Assembly: GCA_016748015.1 (NCBI GenBank)
Contig: JAAOMT010000503.1
Location: forward strand, 124,001 to 188,000
Source: Geosiphon pyriformis uo1
Lineage: Eukaryota > Fungi > Glomeromycota
DNA: 64,000 nucleotides
Direction of reading: 5' to 3'
The notes beneath the pieces are model-generated. The model did no database searches and was not told the DNA's origin. It saw only the letters and a list, made by a program, of their open reading frames with translations. Below, one piece after another: positions 61,663-64,000 of this stretch; within the stretch, counting starts at the first letter, position 1; each line of letters begins with the position of its first letter. The position numbers and the translations under genes were made by a program.

Positions 61663-61723
61663 TTTTTTTTGGATTTTGGTTTGTNNNNNNNNNNNNNNNN
61701 NNNNTTTTTTTTTTTTTTTTTTT
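61603..61723 (-). repeat. Long poly(A) tail (poly-T on +) containing an N gap
   Basis: Homopolymer directly downstream of the LINE 3' tail AAGCAATAAA. Confidence 0.85.
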
Positions 61724-63222
61724 ATTGCTTAACAAGTGAGGCCCAAACACTATCTAGTGCTATACATCAAAAAATTGATCTAAACTAGGTGTGAATCATG
61801 CATTTTTTACATATGACCAGCCATTTGAGCCAATCAGAACAACACTATGCATCTATATGAACTGATACTGAATTACCTACACCTGAAAAAAACAAACAGG
61901 ACTTGCGAAAACCAAAATGAACACTCAAAGCATCAGTGATACCAAGTAATTTAACCACTCTTGCAGAAAACCTTGAAGCCAAATCATGAACTGAGATAAC
62001 AGCCGAACCATCCGGTGAGATCAATCCATTCTTTTCCATATAAGCACGATGCTTAGCATGAACTGACCAGACATTTTCCCTAAAAGCAAGACCAAGAAAA
62101 CGCACAAACTTGACAATCTCTAAAACTGTAATTTTGGGGTTGTGAAAGATGCAAACAGTCTCACAAAACCAACCATTGAAAACAAAGTCTTTAAAAAAAG
62201 CCATGAACATGGAGGAATCAGATACACAGAATGACAACAAATGTAAAATATCCGAAGAGAAAAAAGAGAAACCAGAAAGCATCTTCCAGACTCCTACATG
62301 AGAATTCAGCAACTGATGTCAAGTAAATTCATCAATTTTGCAAAAGAATACATGATCCAACACCTCTATCTCACCACAATATAAGCATAACACACTAGGA
62401 TAATGTCTATTATAAAGGCATTTTCATACAGCAACTGGCAGCCAATAGTGCAGAGCCTTCATAAAGTAAGTGCGCACACTGGCCGAAGGCCTGCTGATAA
62501 AACCCATAGCCATGTGCAAGTCAAGATGCCATACCAATGATGAGTGGAGCCAATCAACCTCGAAAAACAGATGTCCCACCAAAACCTCAGAACCAGAACC
62601 AACCTCCTAGTGTGCATGACAAACAGAACGATAAATATCACGAATAAAATGTCTTGCATTCCCAGAAACAACACCACCATTAGCTGTCAAGAAATGTTTA
62701 CTCAAGCAAAAGGGAAGATACCACTTGGAGAAAGAAGTGGCACCAGCAATTTTATCAGCACGCTCGTTCCCCAGAACACCAGAATGACTTTTTACCTTGT
62801 AAAAACTAACCTCCAAACTCTTACTGCAAATCAAGTTGACAATATGATGATGTTCAACCCAACACTAATTATGAAAATCAGGACACACCAGACTCAACTC
62901 TGACCTGCAAGCATCTAAAGCTGATTGACTATCTGAAAACAAACGGACAGAACTTGACAAGGGAACACATTCCAGAGCCAAGGCAATAGCCTGCAACTTT
63001 GCCAAAGTAGACGACATCAAACCTGACACATTAACACCCAAATCCACGCCAATGTCCTCAAAAAAAACAGCAGTGCCAGCTTTACAGCCAACTGTGCCAA
63101 GATTACTAAGGGACCCATCCATATAAACTGACAAACTGTTAGCACCAGTTGCCAGGAGACAATCACAAACAAGCACATATTCACTGAATTCAAGAATGTT
63201 TAAAGAGCCACTGTTACCCAAA
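61704..63222 (-). mobile_element. 5'-truncated LINE, 3rd copy (RNase H, Zn finger, 3' tail)
   Basis: Contains YMDGS, AKLQAI, SDSQ, VKSHSGVLGNERADK and CLYCGEIEVLDH; stop at 61845; homology ends abruptly at ~63222. Confidence 0.9.
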
Positions 63223-63451
63223 TGTTTTTAATTTAAATTTTAATATAACTTCTTAATTTGATTTTAATAATAATTGTTTATATTTTTGTGTTATCTTATA
63301 ATGTTTTTTTGCTTTATAAATTTTTAATTTATATATTATATATAACAATTTTTTAAATTAAACTAATTATTAAAAAAAATATATGTAGTTTGTTTTCAAA
63401 AAACAACTTATTAAGTTTTAATATTATAATATTTTTTTAATAATATTATTA

Positions 63452-64000
63452 TTTATCAAGTGAGATCCAAACACTACCTAGTGCTATACATTAAGAAAAT
63501 AATCTAAACTAGGCATGAATCATGCACTTTCTACATATAACCAGTCACTTGGACTGATCAGAACAATACTATGCAGTTATATAAACTGAGATCACATTAT
63601 TTATATCTGAAAAAAATGAGCAAAATTTGTGAAACCCAAAACAAACACCAAAAGCTTTGGCAATGCCAAGCAATTTAATCACACCAGTTGAAAACCCTGA
63701 CACCAAACCAGAAATCGATACAAAAGCTGAATCATCCAATAGAATCAATCTAGTTTTCTCCATATAGGCATGATATTTAGCATGAACCATCCAAATATTA
63801 TCTCTAAAAGCAAGACCAAGAGAGTGCACAAATTTGACAACCTCTAAACTGGCAATTTTGGGGTCATGAAAGACAGAAACGGTCTCATGAAACCAATCAT
63901 TAAAAACAAAACCCTTATAGAAAGCCATGGACATAGAAAAATCAGAAACACAAGATAACAACAGCTGCAGCATACTTGAAGAAGAGTAAGAGAAACCAGA
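63452..64000 (-). mobile_element. 3' end of a 4th LINE copy (runs off the window)
   Basis: ORF 63569-63973 is closely similar to 61845-62312 and is followed by the same 3' tail. Confidence 0.9.

Noticed and set aside
61588-61788. Poly-Phe ORF
   Set aside because: Translation of a LINE poly(A) tail plus an N-gap.

Overview
This is a eukaryotic, very AT-rich window made almost entirely of decayed retrotransposons; I find no host gene, tRNA or rRNA. The protein style recalls repeats of early-diverging fungi (Glomeromycotina-like), but that is recollection, not a search result. Left part (1-47620): one ~6.4-kb minus-strand LINE (ORF1 RRM/CCHC; ORF2 APE-RT-RNaseH-Zn finger) has been inflated about 7-fold by nested LTR insertions. 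These are Ty3/gypsy A (620-10824, -), solo LTR E (12115-13134), gypsy B (14445-34316, +, itself containing gypsy C 20909-30056, -, and solo LTR F 30701-31656) and gypsy D (37498-47595, +). All have TGTTA..TAACA-type ends and 4-bp TSDs. Right part (47.9-64 kb): a same-strand, head-to-tail array of an eroded LINE ORF1 relic, two ORF1-only elements carrying the LINE 3' tail, one full-length LINE and two LINE 3' pieces, separated by extremely AT-rich spacers. The four gypsy copies (two families) share an unusual gene plan. A Gag extension with no AUG at its start (GUG candidate) is followed by capsid, CCHC, a Q/P/Y-rich tract, protease, an unknown Cys-rich domain, dUTPase, a dUTPase-like second domain, RT and RNase H, then a STOP. 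Integrase follows as a separate AUG-started cistron, then an env-position ORF3 of unknown function. U5 of three LTR families contains an anti-PBS able to fold over the primer-binding site. Almost all ORFs are broken by C>T/G>A changes.
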